Of a stretch of DNA of 52,065 bases, positions 36,148 through 46,383 are shown piece after piece. The position numbers were made by a program, and so were the translations under genes. Positions within the stretch are counted from its first letter, which is position 1. Every line of letters begins with the position of its first letter. Source of the DNA: a bacterium (GTDB lineage Bacteria; Patescibacteriota; Minisyncoccia; Moranbacterales; UBA2206); the NCBI GenBank assembly GCA_021788105.1, contig JAJYKZ010000004.1:1-52065 (forward strand). Direction: 5' to 3'. The notes beneath the pieces are model-generated. The model was not told the origin of the DNA. It searched no databases and saw only the letters and a list, made by a program, of their open reading frames with translations.

Positions 36148-37929
36148 ATGGAAATACGAAACATTGCAATTATCGCGCACGTGGATCACGGCAAGACAAC
36201 CTTGACCGACGCTTTGATGCGCCAGACCGGCATGGTGACGGAAGAAGGGATCAGTATGGATTCCAACACCTTGGAGAAAGAAAGGGGGATCACCATTTAT
36301 TCCAAGAACGCCTCTTTGTTTTACAAGGACACTAAAATTAACATCGTGGACACGCCGGGGCACGCCGATTTCGGATCGGAAGTCGAACGTGTTTTGCGTT
36401 CGATCGACTCGGTGGTTTTAGTGGTGGACGCGCAAGAAGGTCCGATGCCGCAAACCAGATTTGTCTTGAAAAAATCTTTGGAACTGGGACTTAAGCCGAT
36501 CGTGGTGATTAACAAAATTGATAAGCCGGCAGCTCAACCGGACGTTGTCCAAGAAGAAGTGTTCGAACTTTTTCTGGATTTGGGGGCGAGTGATGAGCAG
36601 CTGGATTTTCCGGTCGTTTACGCGATCGGTCGGGAGGGCATTGCCAAACTGCACATGGAAGACGAAGGTAAAGATCTGACGCCGCTTTTGGAAACAATTT
36701 TAGCCAAAGTGCATCCGGCCAACGCCGATGTGAACGCTCCGGTGCGGGTACAGTCTTTCAATTTAGGTTACGATAATTTTTTGGGCCGCATGGCGATCGG
36801 AAGAATCTACGAAGGAAAAATAAAAGTAAATGATAATGTGGTGATCAAAAAGCCGACCGGTGAAACACGGACGGGCAGAATCACCAAACTTTATACTTTC
36901 GAAGGCCTGTCCCGCAAAGAAGTTTTGGAAGCCGAAGCGGGGGATATTGTGATGCTGGCGGGGCTGCCAGACATCTTCATCGGCGAAACGATCTGCGCTT
37001 CAGCCGATCAGGAAGCTTTGCCGGCCATTTCCATCGACGAGCCGACCATCTCCTTGAATTTTTTGGTTAATGATTCGCCGTTTGCCGGGCGCGAGGGAAA
37101 ATTTGTCACCAACAAACAAATTCGTGAAAGATTGGAAAAAGAATTGGAAATAAACGTCGGACTCAGAATTGATTTTGAAGGCGACCACTACAAAGTTTAT
37201 GGCCGGGGAGAATTGCATATCGCCATTCTTTTGGAAAATATGCGCCGCGAAGGCTATGAGCTGCAGGTTTCCCAGCCGCAAGTGATCATCAAAGATATCG
37301 ATGGCGTAAAATCAGAGCCGTTCGAAGAAGTGACAATCGATGTCCCGGATGTTTCGGCCGGCACGATCATTGAGAAGATGGGGAGAAGAAGAGGAACGAT
37401 GACCAATATGAAACAGCTGAACGGACAAACCCGAATGATTTTTGAAACTCCGACGCGCGGACTGCTTGGTTACCGCGGAGAGTTTGTGATCGACACCAAG
37501 GGCGAGGGCATTATGTCGTCCCGCGTGATCGGTTTTCATCCTTATGTCGGTGAAATTCAGAAGCATTCGCTGGGATCGATGATTTCGATGGCGACTGGCA
37601 AAGCTCTGGGGTTCTCTTTGGCGAATCTGCAGGAACGTGGAACTTTGTATATCGGACCGGCCGCGGAAGTGTATGAGGGGATGGTGATTGGCAATGCTTC
37701 CAAGGGTTTGGATATGGAAGTTAACCCGACCAAAGGCAAGGCGATGTCCAATATGCGTTCTTCCGGAGCGGACGAGGCTATTCAATTGACGCCGCCTTGG
37801 GAACTGTCGATCGAGCGGGGATTGGAAATTATGGCGGAAGACGAGTATTTGGAAATCACGCCCAAAAGCGTCAGATTGAGAAAACAACATCTGGCTGAAG
37901 TCGATCGGAAAAGAGCGGCTAGAAAATAA
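36148..37929 (+). CDS. typA: Translational GTPase TypA/BipA
   Basis: [60 protein letters not shown]. Confidence 0.97.
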   Translation: MEIRNIAIIAHVDHGKTTLTDALMRQTGMVTEEGISMDSNTLEKERGITIYSKNASLFYKDTKINIVDTPGHADFGSEVERVLRSIDSVVLVVDAQEGPMPQTRFVLKKSLELGLKPIVVINKIDKPAAQPDVVQEEVFELFLDLGASDEQLDFPVVYAIGREGIAKLHMEDEGKDLTPLLETILAKVHPANADVNAPVRVQSFNLGYDNFLGRMAIGRIYEGKIKVNDNVVIKKPTGETRTGRITKLYTFEGLSRKEVLEAEAGDIVMLAGLPDIFIGETICASADQEALPAISIDEPTISLNFLVNDSPFAGREGKFVTNKQIRERLEKELEINVGLRIDFEGDHYKVYGRGELHIAILLENMRREGYELQVSQPQVIIKDIDGVKSEPFEEVTIDVPDVSAGTIIEKMGRRRGTMTNMKQLNGQTRMIFETPTRGLLGYRGEFVIDTKGEGIMSSRVIGFHPYVGEIQKHSLGSMISMATGKALGFSLANLQERGTLYIGPAAEVYEGMVIGNASKGLDMEVNPTKGKAMSNMRSSGADEAIQLTPPWELSIERGLEIMAEDEYLEITPKSVRLRKQHLAEVDRKRAARK

Positions 37930-37960
37930 CGGAATCTTTTAAGATATTGGCATGCAATAA

Positions 37961-37988
37961 AAAAGGCGCGGAGCGATCCGCGCCTTTT
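37961..37988. terminator. Bidirectional Rho-independent terminator
   Basis: AAAAGGCGCGGA-GCGA-TCCGCGCCTTTT between convergent genes. Confidence 0.88.
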
Positions 37989-38000
37989 GCTGCGCTAATT

Positions 38001-38279
38001 TTAATTCGTTCCGGCAGCTGGAGCTTGTGAAGAGGTCTGGATTGGAGTTGCGGAAGTCGATGGAGCGGCGGTTGCGGAAGTTGCAGCGCTGGCGGAACTT
38101 TTCTTTTTCTTGATCTTCGCTTTTTTGATTTTTTTGATCTGGCTTTGGGCCGCTTTCAATGCGGCTGTTTTTTTATTTTCGTGATGGTTGTAGTAAGCGA
38201 TTCCGGCAATGATGATCACGACCAAAATTACTGCTGTCGCCACTTTATGTTTTTTTACCAGGTCTTTTATTTTTCCCAT
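38001..38279 (-). CDS. Small membrane-anchored protein with Lys-rich and S/T/A-rich tail
   Basis: One TM, IKKIKKAKIKKKK, SSASAATSATAAPSTS. Confidence 0.7.
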   Translation of the reverse strand: MGKIKDLVKKHKVATAVILVVIIIAGIAYYNHHENKKTAALKAAQSQIKKIKKAKIKKKKSSASAATSATAAPSTSATPIQTSSQAPAAGTN

Positions 38280-38397
38280 TGGTTTCGTTGTTAATTTTTA
38301 AACCTAACTCATTATACTACGCGGATAAAATATAACAAGCGGAAGCATAAGGGGTAGCATTTGAAAAAGGTTCTTTTGGTGGTAAAATACTGATATT

Positions 38398-40518
38398 ATG
38401 GATTTTAGCCATCTTTTAGTCATGAAGTTTGAACATTTTCGGATGCTGAGCTATTGGCTGGTTTTTGTCTTTGCTTTTTTAGAGTCGTTGGCCTTCGTCG
38501 GTTTCTTGGTGCCGGGCGCAATTATTGTTGTTCTGGCCGGTTTTTTGAGTTTTTTCGGTTTTTTCGACGTTTCCGATCTGATTTTGTTTGTGTTTGCAGG
38601 AGCTTTCTTGTCGGGACAGCTCAGTTATTATTTCGGCGAGCGGGAAATTTTCTTTTTCGGAATGCGCGGCAAGATTTTTAAGATGGAATATTACGAAAAA
38701 GCGAAAATTTTTTTCGGAAAGCATAAAAAATCCGGCGTCATTTCCGGGAAATTTATCGGGCATATTCGTCCCGCCATTTCTTTTGTCGCAGGAAAATTCA
38801 GGATGAGAAAAATAAATTTTTTTCCGTTGAATTTGGCCGGTTCTTTGCTTTGGGCGTCCGCCTACGTCCTTGTCGGCTATGTTGTTGGAAAAATATGGAG
38901 CATCATCGGACTGTGGTCGACGCGCGCCGAGTTTTTCATATTGGTCATACTGCTTTTTTTGGTCTTGTTCTATATTTTCAAATGGATCGTTTTTAAAAAA
39001 GGAAGAAAATTTTTCAGCTTTTTGCAAACGATCATAGTCGCTGTCTGGAGGACGGCCGTGAAAAATAAAATCAGCAAAAAATTGTTGAAGAATCATCCGA
39101 AATTTTTCGGATTTTGGCGCGCCCGGTTCGAGCGCGGAAATTTTTTCGGTTTGCCGCTCACTTTTTTGGCTGTTTCTTTTTTGTACGTCCTTTCGCTTTT
39201 GCTGGGAGTTGTTCAGGACATAATTTCATCCAGCCAGGTAGTTTCAACAGATTTCCGGGTAAACAACCTTCTGCATATTTTCCGCAGTCCGGTTTTTGTG
39301 AAAATGTTTCTCTGGGTGACTGTTTTCGGAATCTGGCCGGCCGCTTTGTCGGCCGTTGCCGTTGTTGTCCTTCTGCTTTTGCTCTGGAACAAAAGAGAAT
39401 ATATTTTTCCTTTCTTAATTGCGATTTCCGGCAGCCAGCTTTTTGAAGCGCTGGGAAAATTTCTATTTCACCGCGCGCGGCCCGGACGCGCCGTCTATCT
39501 CGAAACTTCCTATTCTTTTCCCAGCGGACATGCTTCTTTTGCAATCGCTTTTTGGGGATTTGTCGTATATTTTTTTTGGCGCAATGTCAGAAACTGGAAC
39601 CGGCGGATCAACATTCTTTTTATCGGGCTGATCATTGTCATCGCTATCGGTTTTTCCCGGCTCTATTTGGGCGTGCACTTCCTAAGCGATGTGATTGGCG
39701 GCTATCTTATCGGACTGCTCTGGCTCATTATCGGCATCAGCCTGGTGGAGTGGTTTTATTATAGGCGCAAAGAAAAGATAATTCTTTCCGGCAGAGATTT
39801 TCCGGATAAAAAAATGTTCTCGGCAATTTTAATTTTTTCTTGGGTTGCTTTCTATATTTTTTACGGCTTGAGCTGGGATCCGATCATGAAACAAAATTCA
39901 ACGCCGGCTGTTTTGCAGACAGTGCCGGCGTCCGATGTGATTTCGATGTTTGATAAATACGGCCTGCCGCGAAGCACCGAAACGCTTCTCGGCAATGCGC
40001 AGGAACCGATCAGTTTCATAATCATAGCCAATGATGACGGGCAGTTTGTTTCTGATTTTAAAAAAGCCGGCTGGTCGTTTGCCGATCCGATCGGCGCCGC
40101 AACCACGTTAAAAATCGCCCAGTCGGTAATATTGAACACGGAATATGATACGGGAATGATGTCGCCGTATTTTTGGAACAACAACGTCAATGATTACGGG
40201 GTGGAAAAGGAGACCGGCGCCCAGACGATCCGAGAAAGAAACCATGCCCGCTTCTGGAAGACCGGCGTGAAAACAACGGAAGGAAAAAATATTTATGTCG
40301 GAACGGCCAGTTTGGACGTGGGCATAAAATGGGGAGTCATCCATCGGATCGGACCGGACATTGATGCGGAAAGGGAAAAGCTTTTTTCCGATTTGGAAAA
40401 AGCCGGAGACGTTGCCGCTTGGAGCAAGGACGATTTGGTCGGACCGACTGTCGGAGAAAATTTCGCCGGCGACAAATTTTTTACGGACGGAAAGGCCTAT
40501 TTTGTAAATTTAAAATAA
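38398..40518 (+). CDS. DedA / PAP2 phosphatase / LssY-C-like fusion membrane protein
   Basis: FLESLAFVGFLVPG (DedA); K-x6-RP, SFPSGH, SRLYLGVHFLSDV (PAP2); C-terminal EPIS, RNHARFW, HRIGPDIDAERE, FFTDG. Confidence 0.88.
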   Translation: MDFSHLLVMKFEHFRMLSYWLVFVFAFLESLAFVGFLVPGAIIVVLAGFLSFFGFFDVSDLILFVFAGAFLSGQLSYYFGEREIFFFGMRGKIFKMEYYEKAKIFFGKHKKSGVISGKFIGHIRPAISFVAGKFRMRKINFFPLNLAGSLLWASAYVLVGYVVGKIWSIIGLWSTRAEFFILVILLFLVLFYIFKWIVFKKGRKFFSFLQTIIVAVWRTAVKNKISKKLLKNHPKFFGFWRARFERGNFFGLPLTFLAVSFLYVLSLLLGVVQDIISSSQVVSTDFRVNNLLHIFRSPVFVKMFLWVTVFGIWPAALSAVAVVVLLLLLWNKREYIFPFLIAISGSQLFEALGKFLFHRARPGRAVYLETSYSFPSGHASFAIAFWGFVVYFFWRNVRNWNRRINILFIGLIIVIAIGFSRLYLGVHFLSDVIGGYLIGLLWLIIGISLVEWFYYRRKEKIILSGRDFPDKKMFSAILIFSWVAFYIFYGLSWDPIMKQNSTPAVLQTVPASDVISMFDKYGLPRSTETLLGNAQEPISFIIIANDDGQFVSDFKKAGWSFADPIGAATTLKIAQSVILNTEYDTGMMSPYFWNNNVNDYGVEKETGAQTIRERNHARFWKTGVKTTEGKNIYVGTASLDVGIKWGVIHRIGPDIDAEREKLFSDLEKAGDVAAWSKDDLVGPTVGENFAGDKFFTDGKAYFVNLK

Positions 40519-40588
40519 TATTTAGAAAAAATTCACGAATAGAATTTTCCGATGCTTGTAATATCTTTAGATCAGGCTTAAAAATATT

Positions 40589-41524
40589 ATGAAACTCCCT
40601 TCTATTTCTGGAGACATTTGGATAAATTCAAAACCTTTAAGTTCGGACGATCTTAAGGGCAAAGTGGTTCTGATTGATTTTTGGACTTACTCCTGCATAA
40701 ATTGCCGGAGAACTTTACCGTATCTTAAAAAATGGTGGCAGAAATACAAGGATAAGAATTTTTTGCTCATCGGCATCCATTCTCCGGAATTCGATTTCGA
40801 GAAAGATTCCTATAACGTCGGCAAGGCGGTGGAAGAACTGGGCGTAAATTGGCCGGTCGTTTTGGATAATGATTACAAAAACTGGACCAATTTTTCCAAT
40901 CACTATTGGCCGGCCAAATATCTAGCAGACCAAAACGGCAATATTGTTTATGAACATTTCGGCGAAGGAGCGTACGAACATACCGAAGAAGTTATTCAAG
41001 ATCTTTTAAAAAATCAAGGGGAGATATTGATGCCGGAAATCGAATCGGAACACCAGCACGGCAAAGTTTGTTTCCGGCCGACCCCGGAAACTTATTGCGG
41101 TTTTCAGCGCGGACATCTGGACAATCCGGGCGGATATCATTATTTCGAAGAATATAATTATAAGGCGCCGGAAAAATTAAGCGTTGACTCTATTGCGCTT
41201 TCCGGAAAATTTTCCGTCCGGGAACAATATGTCGAGTCGGCGGAAAAAGGAGCGAGGCTTCTTTTGAATTTCCGGGCGACTGAAGTGAATTTGGTCATGG
41301 GTCCGGCGGAAAAAGAAGCGGCCGTTGGAATTTTTTTGAACGGCGCTCCGTTGCGCCGGGAAATTTACGGAAAAGATGTGAAAAATAACGAAGTTCTGGT
41401 CGGGGAATCTGCAATGTACAATTTGGTGAAAAGCCGCGATCCGCTGGGCGGAATTCTAAGCATTTCAGCTAAGCGCGGAAATTTCCGCGCCTATGCATTT
41501 ACTTTTTCCGGGTGTAATATTTAG
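40589..41524 (+). CDS. Thioredoxin-like redoxin (DipZ C-terminal-like)
   Basis: LIDFWTYSCINC, GIHSPEFDFEK, NHYWPAKYL, HFGEG, AYAFTF. Confidence 0.9.
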   Translation: MKLPSISGDIWINSKPLSSDDLKGKVVLIDFWTYSCINCRRTLPYLKKWWQKYKDKNFLLIGIHSPEFDFEKDSYNVGKAVEELGVNWPVVLDNDYKNWTNFSNHYWPAKYLADQNGNIVYEHFGEGAYEHTEEVIQDLLKNQGEILMPEIESEHQHGKVCFRPTPETYCGFQRGHLDNPGGYHYFEEYNYKAPEKLSVDSIALSGKFSVREQYVESAEKGARLLLNFRATEVNLVMGPAEKEAAVGIFLNGAPLRREIYGKDVKNNEVLVGESAMYNLVKSRDPLGGILSISAKRGNFRAYAFTFSGCNI

Positions 41525-41526
41525 AA

Positions 41527-42378
41527 GTGATTGATTTTCTTACATTTTATCAGCACCTTCCGGGCCGGATCAATCCGGAAATTTTTAGAATCGGTTTTTT
41601 TTCGATCGGATGGTATCCTTTGATGTATATCGCCGCTTTTTTGGCGGTTTATTTTATTTTGATTTATCGCCTGAAAAAAAGAGAAGCGAATTTTTCGCAA
41701 GACGATGTTTTGGATTTTTTTCTTTATGCTATTGCGGGCGTCATCATCGGCGGTCGGCTGGGATACGTCCTTTTTTACAATCTTCCGTATTATCTTCATA
41801 ATCCGCTGGCAATAATTTCTCCGTTCGATCCGGCGGCGGGCAGGTTTGTCGGACTTCGCGGAATGAGTTATCACGGCGGACTTATCGGCGTCGTCTTGGC
41901 TTCCTGGATTTTTATCAGAAAAAACAAAATTGATTTTTGGGAATTTTCCGATTTTTTGGTTCCGGCGATTCCGGCCGGATATTTTTTCGGACGAATCGGA
42001 AATTTTTTGAACGGAGAGCTTTACGGGCGCGCGACCGGAAGCTTTTGGGGAATGTATTTCCCGTCGGATCCTTTCGGCTTGCCGCGCTATCCGTCCCAGC
42101 TTTTCGAAGCGGCATTGGAAGGCGCGCTTTTGTTTTGCATGCTCTGGCTGCTTAGAAACAAGAAATTTATGCAAGGCTATTTTCTGGCCCTGTATCTGAT
42201 CGGTTACGGACTGCTGCGTTTTGCCGCGGAATTTTTTCGCCAGCCGGATCCGCAAATCGGATTTATTTTCAATTTTTTTACGCTGGGACAGATTTTGAGC
42301 CTTGCGATGGCCTTGGCAGGCGTTATTTTAGCCTTGATCAGGAAGTGGAAAGAGGGTAAAATTAAAGCGCTAACTTAA
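41527..42378 (+). CDS. lgt: Prolipoprotein diacylglyceryl transferase
   Basis: GGRLGYVLFY, GMSYHGG, GRIGNFLNGELYGR, PSQLFE, EFFRQPD. Confidence 0.95.
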   Translation: MIDFLTFYQHLPGRINPEIFRIGFFSIGWYPLMYIAAFLAVYFILIYRLKKREANFSQDDVLDFFLYAIAGVIIGGRLGYVLFYNLPYYLHNPLAIISPFDPAAGRFVGLRGMSYHGGLIGVVLASWIFIRKNKIDFWEFSDFLVPAIPAGYFFGRIGNFLNGELYGRATGSFWGMYFPSDPFGLPRYPSQLFEAALEGALLFCMLWLLRNKKFMQGYFLALYLIGYGLLRFAAEFFRQPDPQIGFIFNFFTLGQILSLAMALAGVILALIRKWKEGKIKALT

Positions 42379-42398
42379 TTTTAATAAATCAAATTTTT

Positions 42399-42800
42399 AT
42401 GAGTCAAACAAAAAAACTTACCATTCTGATTCTTGTCCTGGTTGTGGCCGGAACGGGAATTTGGTATTGGGGAACTCGATCACAAGATAAAAAACAAGCC
42501 GAACAAGCAGCAGCCACTCCGATAAAAACCGGCATCATCTTTTTCTACGGAAAAGAATGTCCGCACTGCCAGGATGTGGAAAAGTTCATAGCCGGCAATA
42601 ATATTGCGGCCAAAGTCAAATATGATTTTGTCGAGGTTTGGCACAACCAGGCTAATGCCAAAGCAATGATGGCCAAAGCGGAAGAGTGCGGATTGTCCCA
42701 AGACCAGGTCGGCGTGCCGTTCGTCTATTCAAAAGGCAAGTGTTATGTTGGAACGCCGGACGTAGAAAACTTTTTTCAGCAAGCGGCAGGAATAAAATAG
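42399..42800 (+). CDS. Membrane-anchored glutaredoxin/thioredoxin-like protein
   Basis: TM; FFYGKECPHC; GVPF. Confidence 0.85.
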   Translation: MSQTKKLTILILVLVVAGTGIWYWGTRSQDKKQAEQAAATPIKTGIIFFYGKECPHCQDVEKFIAGNNIAAKVKYDFVEVWHNQANAKAMMAKAEECGLSQDQVGVPFVYSKGKCYVGTPDVENFFQQAAGIK

Positions 42801-42861
42801 GCAGGTTTTTTAAAGTGTGGTATACTTTCCAAAGAAGATAACTTTTTGAAACTTATCTTTA

Positions 42862-43899
42862 ATGGGTGGCAAACAAAAACAAAAAAAGTATTTGGACGGA
42901 TTGTTTCAGGAAAGAAACAATCTCGCTTTTGTTGATTTTCCTTTATCGCGTTATATCCTTAAATATAAAAAATCTTCGACTTGGTTTGCTAAAGCGGGAA
43001 GAACGTCCGCTTTTTTTACGGATGATTCGAAATTATATTACACGCCGGAAGAATATTCCCGGATCCAGAAAGGAGAGCGGATAGTCAGGTTGGGCAAGCG
43101 ATTCGACAGTCTGCAGTCGCGCGAATTTGAAAAAACGCGCATCTATTCCATCGGGGAGCTCGACATTATTTCTTTGAATATAAAGAGGCGCTATTCCAGC
43201 GTCAGAAATTATTTGGACGATCTGGTCCGCGGTTCGGTCCAGGGCGTCTCAGTTGCCAAAATGTGGAACCTTTCCATTGTCGGAGCGATTATTTTCGGAA
43301 TGTTCACAATGACAATGGTTTACCGCTATTTGGGCCAGGGCGTCTCGGCTAAGATCGTTGATTCCCAGCCGCCGGCGGTTATGACAGCTCCGGCCAATAA
43401 TCCTGACACTTCGGACGCGATAAACGGCCAGATTGATACTTCCACTATTTCCAAGTTGATGAACAGTGATAATGGTGCTTTTGAAAAACAGGTGAAGGCA
43501 ATGGTGAAGGGCTATCCGATCGAGAAAATGTTGCCGGAAATCTTTAAGCAGGACAAAACGGTTGCTTCATTCCTTATCGCTATTGCTAAACAAGAAAGCG
43601 ACTGGGGAGTCCATGTACCGGTCTACAAAGATCAGGACTGCTATAACTACTGGGGCTATCGGGGAGAAAATCCGGTAGGCACCGGCGGACATTCTTGTTT
43701 TTCCAGTCCGCAAGAAGCAGTGGACATTGTGGCCAAGAGAATTAAATTCCTGGTTTCTAATGACAAACTGAACACGCCGGCCAAGATGGTTGTGTGGAAA
43801 TGCGGCTATAGTTGTTCTTGGGACAACCCGCAAAACGTCCAGCGGTGGATTTCCAATGTCAGCGTTTACTTTTCAAAATTGAATAAAGATCAAGGCTAG
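42862..43899 (+). CDS. Cys-rich lysozyme-like (GH73-like) protein, paralog B, with long N-terminal extension
   Basis: About 135-aa N-domain, TM, then IAKQESDWG, CYNYWGYRG, HSCFSSP, WKCGYSC. Confidence 0.6.
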   Translation: MGGKQKQKKYLDGLFQERNNLAFVDFPLSRYILKYKKSSTWFAKAGRTSAFFTDDSKLYYTPEEYSRIQKGERIVRLGKRFDSLQSREFEKTRIYSIGELDIISLNIKRRYSSVRNYLDDLVRGSVQGVSVAKMWNLSIVGAIIFGMFTMTMVYRYLGQGVSAKIVDSQPPAVMTAPANNPDTSDAINGQIDTSTISKLMNSDNGAFEKQVKAMVKGYPIEKMLPEIFKQDKTVASFLIAIAKQESDWGVHVPVYKDQDCYNYWGYRGENPVGTGGHSCFSSPQEAVDIVAKRIKFLVSNDKLNTPAKMVVWKCGYSCSWDNPQNVQRWISNVSVYFSKLNKDQG

Positions 43900-44015
43900 A
43901 CAATAATCGCCAAGTCTGCTAGAATCGGAAAATGTTGCCTGGAAGGCTTGAAATAAAGCTTTCTTTTCAACTGTGACTATATAGTAAGATTTAAGCTAAA
44001 AACCACCCGGTCCTT

Positions 44016-44714
44016 ATGGATGACGATTATTTTCTAGAACATCTGCAACGTTGGAAGCGCAGATTTAAAGGGGCGAAAAAAGCTAAAAACCACATAATTC
44101 TTGGTTTTTCAATCCTTGTGCTTGGCGCGGGTCTGTTTTTTTACTTTTTCGCGGAAAGCCCGGCCTATTCTGCAACAATTTCTCGGAACGTCAAAATCAA
44201 TCCAGAGGTCATTGACCCGCTTAGCAAAATCGGAAAAGGACTGCTTTCCGACTATGACGGCAAGGGAATTTATTGCGCCGAGAAAAAAATATTTATTGAA
44301 AAATCGAACGGGCGGCCAGAAAAGATAGAGGCGCTTTTGGCGGGATATCCTATGACGGAGATGGTTCCGTACATCGCAAAAAGAAATCCCAAGGTGGCGT
44401 CTTTTCTGGTTTCGATTGCCAAGAAAGAAAGTGATTGGGGAAAACATTCTCCGCAAAAAGACGGAAAAACCTGCTACAACTATTGGGGCTATCGCGGCGG
44501 ATATAATCCAACCGATTCGGGTTACAGCTGTTTTGATTCCGCCGAGCAAGCGGTGCAAGTGGTGGGCGATCGGATTAAAGAATTAACCGAAGAAAATATC
44601 AACACGCCCGAGCGGATGGTTGTCTGGAAATGCGGTTCAACCTGCGGCCAAGATCAAGATGCTCAGAACTGGATATCCACAGTGGCTTATTACTTCGGAA
44701 AATTAAATTCATAA
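44016..44714 (+). CDS. Cys-rich lysozyme-like (GH73-like) protein, paralog C
   Basis: TM; IAKKESDWG, CYNYWGYRG, YSCFDSA, WKCGSTC. Confidence 0.6.
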   Translation: MDDDYFLEHLQRWKRRFKGAKKAKNHIILGFSILVLGAGLFFYFFAESPAYSATISRNVKINPEVIDPLSKIGKGLLSDYDGKGIYCAEKKIFIEKSNGRPEKIEALLAGYPMTEMVPYIAKRNPKVASFLVSIAKKESDWGKHSPQKDGKTCYNYWGYRGGYNPTDSGYSCFDSAEQAVQVVGDRIKELTEENINTPERMVVWKCGSTCGQDQDAQNWISTVAYYFGKLNS

Positions 44715-44718
44715 ATTT

Positions 44719-45066
44719 ATGCCGATTCAAAATATCAATGGAAAAAAATTAAAAGAAATGATTCGGGAAAATCCGGCCGAACTGGAAATAATCGATGTCC
44801 GCGAACCGGATGAATTTGATTTGATCAAAATCAAAGGTTCAAAACTGATTCCTCTCAATGAAATAGGAATGCGGCTGGAGGAAATCGATTGGGACAAAAA
44901 AGTGGTTTTAGTCTGCCGCAGCGGCAGCCGGAGCGGTTACGTTGCTCAGGCATTGCAGCAGGCCGGCAAAGATTTGATGAATTTGCAATATGGAATATTC
45001 GAACTGAATCTTGACCGGTGCGATTGTCTGGAAAAAGCGCCGAATTGCTGCGATGGGTATTTTTAA
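44719..45066 (+). CDS. Rhodanese-like domain protein
   Basis: IIDVREPDEF, IPLNEI, VCRSGSRS. Confidence 0.9.
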   Translation: MPIQNINGKKLKEMIRENPAELEIIDVREPDEFDLIKIKGSKLIPLNEIGMRLEEIDWDKKVVLVCRSGSRSGYVAQALQQAGKDLMNLQYGIFELNLDRCDCLEKAPNCCDGYF

Positions 45067-45068
45067 GG

Positions 45069-45158
45069 GTCATCCTGAACTTGATTCAGGATATAATTTA
45101 GATTCCGGATTCCCGAAGAAAAGCAAGCTTTCTACGGGACAGGTAAGTCCGGAATGAC
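45069..45158. repeat. REP-like double-hairpin palindromic element with a nested palindrome
   Basis: GTCATCCTGAA-CTTGA-TTCAGGAT...ATTCCGGA[T TCCCGAAGAAA-AGCAAGC-TTTCTACGGGA CAGGTAAG]TCCGGAATGAC; ends GTCAT/ATGAC are inverted. Confidence 0.7.
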
Positions 45159-45210
45159 AAGAGGCGGGGAACCGCTTTTTTATATTTATAATTTAAGTTA
45201 AAATATAATT

Positions 45211-46383
45211 ATGAAACAATTTCCAAAAGACTTTTTGTGGGGAGTGTCGATTTCTTCTTATCAGACCGAAGGAAATAATTTTAACTCAGACTGGTACGCA
45301 TGGGAACAAAAAGGAAAAACGAAAGACAAATCAGAAAACGCTTGCGACTATTGGAATAGATTCAGATCTGATCATGATTTTCTTTCGGAATTGGGAGTAA
45401 ATGCCTTCCGATTATCTTTGGAGTGGTCGCGAATCGAACCAGAGGAGGGGAAATTTTCTGATGAAGCCATCCGGCATTATCGAGAAATTATCCAAGATTT
45501 AAAAAGCCGCAATATCAAAACCGTTGTGACCTTTTGGCATTATACCAGTCCGATTTGGTTCCAAGAGAAGTACGGATTTCACAAAAAAGAAGCGATCGAA
45601 ATTTTTTCCAGATACGGAAAAAAAATAACAGACGATCTGGGCGATCTGATTGATGTAGCGGTCATTATCAATGAACCGGTGATGCCTTTGATTTTCGGAT
45701 TTCTTCTGGGAAAATTTCCTCCCGGAAAAATTAATCCGGTTTCTTTTTTGCAAGCTTCTTCCAATTTGGCAGAAAGTTACATTGAAATTTTTAAATACAT
45801 AAAAGAAAAAAGAAAAAATATTCCGGTGGGCGTAAGCAATTTATATAATTTTTTCGAACCGAAAAATAAACGGAATCCGATCCATAAACTATGGGTTTGG
45901 GCGGGAAAAAAAATTTGGAACGAACATTTTATTTCCAAAATCAAAAATCACATGGACTATTTTGGTTTGGACTATTATTTTCATAACCGGATGGGCTGTT
46001 TCGGAACAAATAATGAAAATAAAAGGGTTACGGAAATGGGCTGGGAGATTTATCCCGAGGGAATTTATGCCGTGCTGAAAGAAATTAATCAAAAATACAA
46101 ACTGCCGGTATATATTTTGGAAAACGGCATTGCGGATTCGCAAGATAAGCAACGATCAGAATTTATCGAGGATCATGTTGCCTGTGTCCGCAAAGCCATT
46201 GAAGATGGCGTGGATGTGAGAGGATATTTTTATTGGTCGCTTATGGATAATTTCGAATGGCTGCACGGATACAGGCCGCGTTTCGGTCTGATCGAGATTG
46301 ACTATAAAACTTTGGAGCGCAAGCCGAGGAGAAGTTTTTACGCTTACAAAAAAATAATTGAAAATAACGGTTTGGATGAATAA
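45211..46383 (+). CDS. Glycoside hydrolase family 1 (beta-glucosidase-like)
   Basis: FPKDFLWG, YQTEG, FRLSLEWSRIEP, INEP, ILENG, WSLMDNFEW. Confidence 0.94.
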   Translation: MKQFPKDFLWGVSISSYQTEGNNFNSDWYAWEQKGKTKDKSENACDYWNRFRSDHDFLSELGVNAFRLSLEWSRIEPEEGKFSDEAIRHYREIIQDLKSRNIKTVVTFWHYTSPIWFQEKYGFHKKEAIEIFSRYGKKITDDLGDLIDVAVIINEPVMPLIFGFLLGKFPPGKINPVSFLQASSNLAESYIEIFKYIKEKRKNIPVGVSNLYNFFEPKNKRNPIHKLWVWAGKKIWNEHFISKIKNHMDYFGLDYYFHNRMGCFGTNNENKRVTEMGWEIYPEGIYAVLKEINQKYKLPVYILENGIADSQDKQRSEFIEDHVACVRKAIEDGVDVRGYFYWSLMDNFEWLHGYRPRFGLIEIDYKTLERKPRRSFYAYKKIIENNGLDE

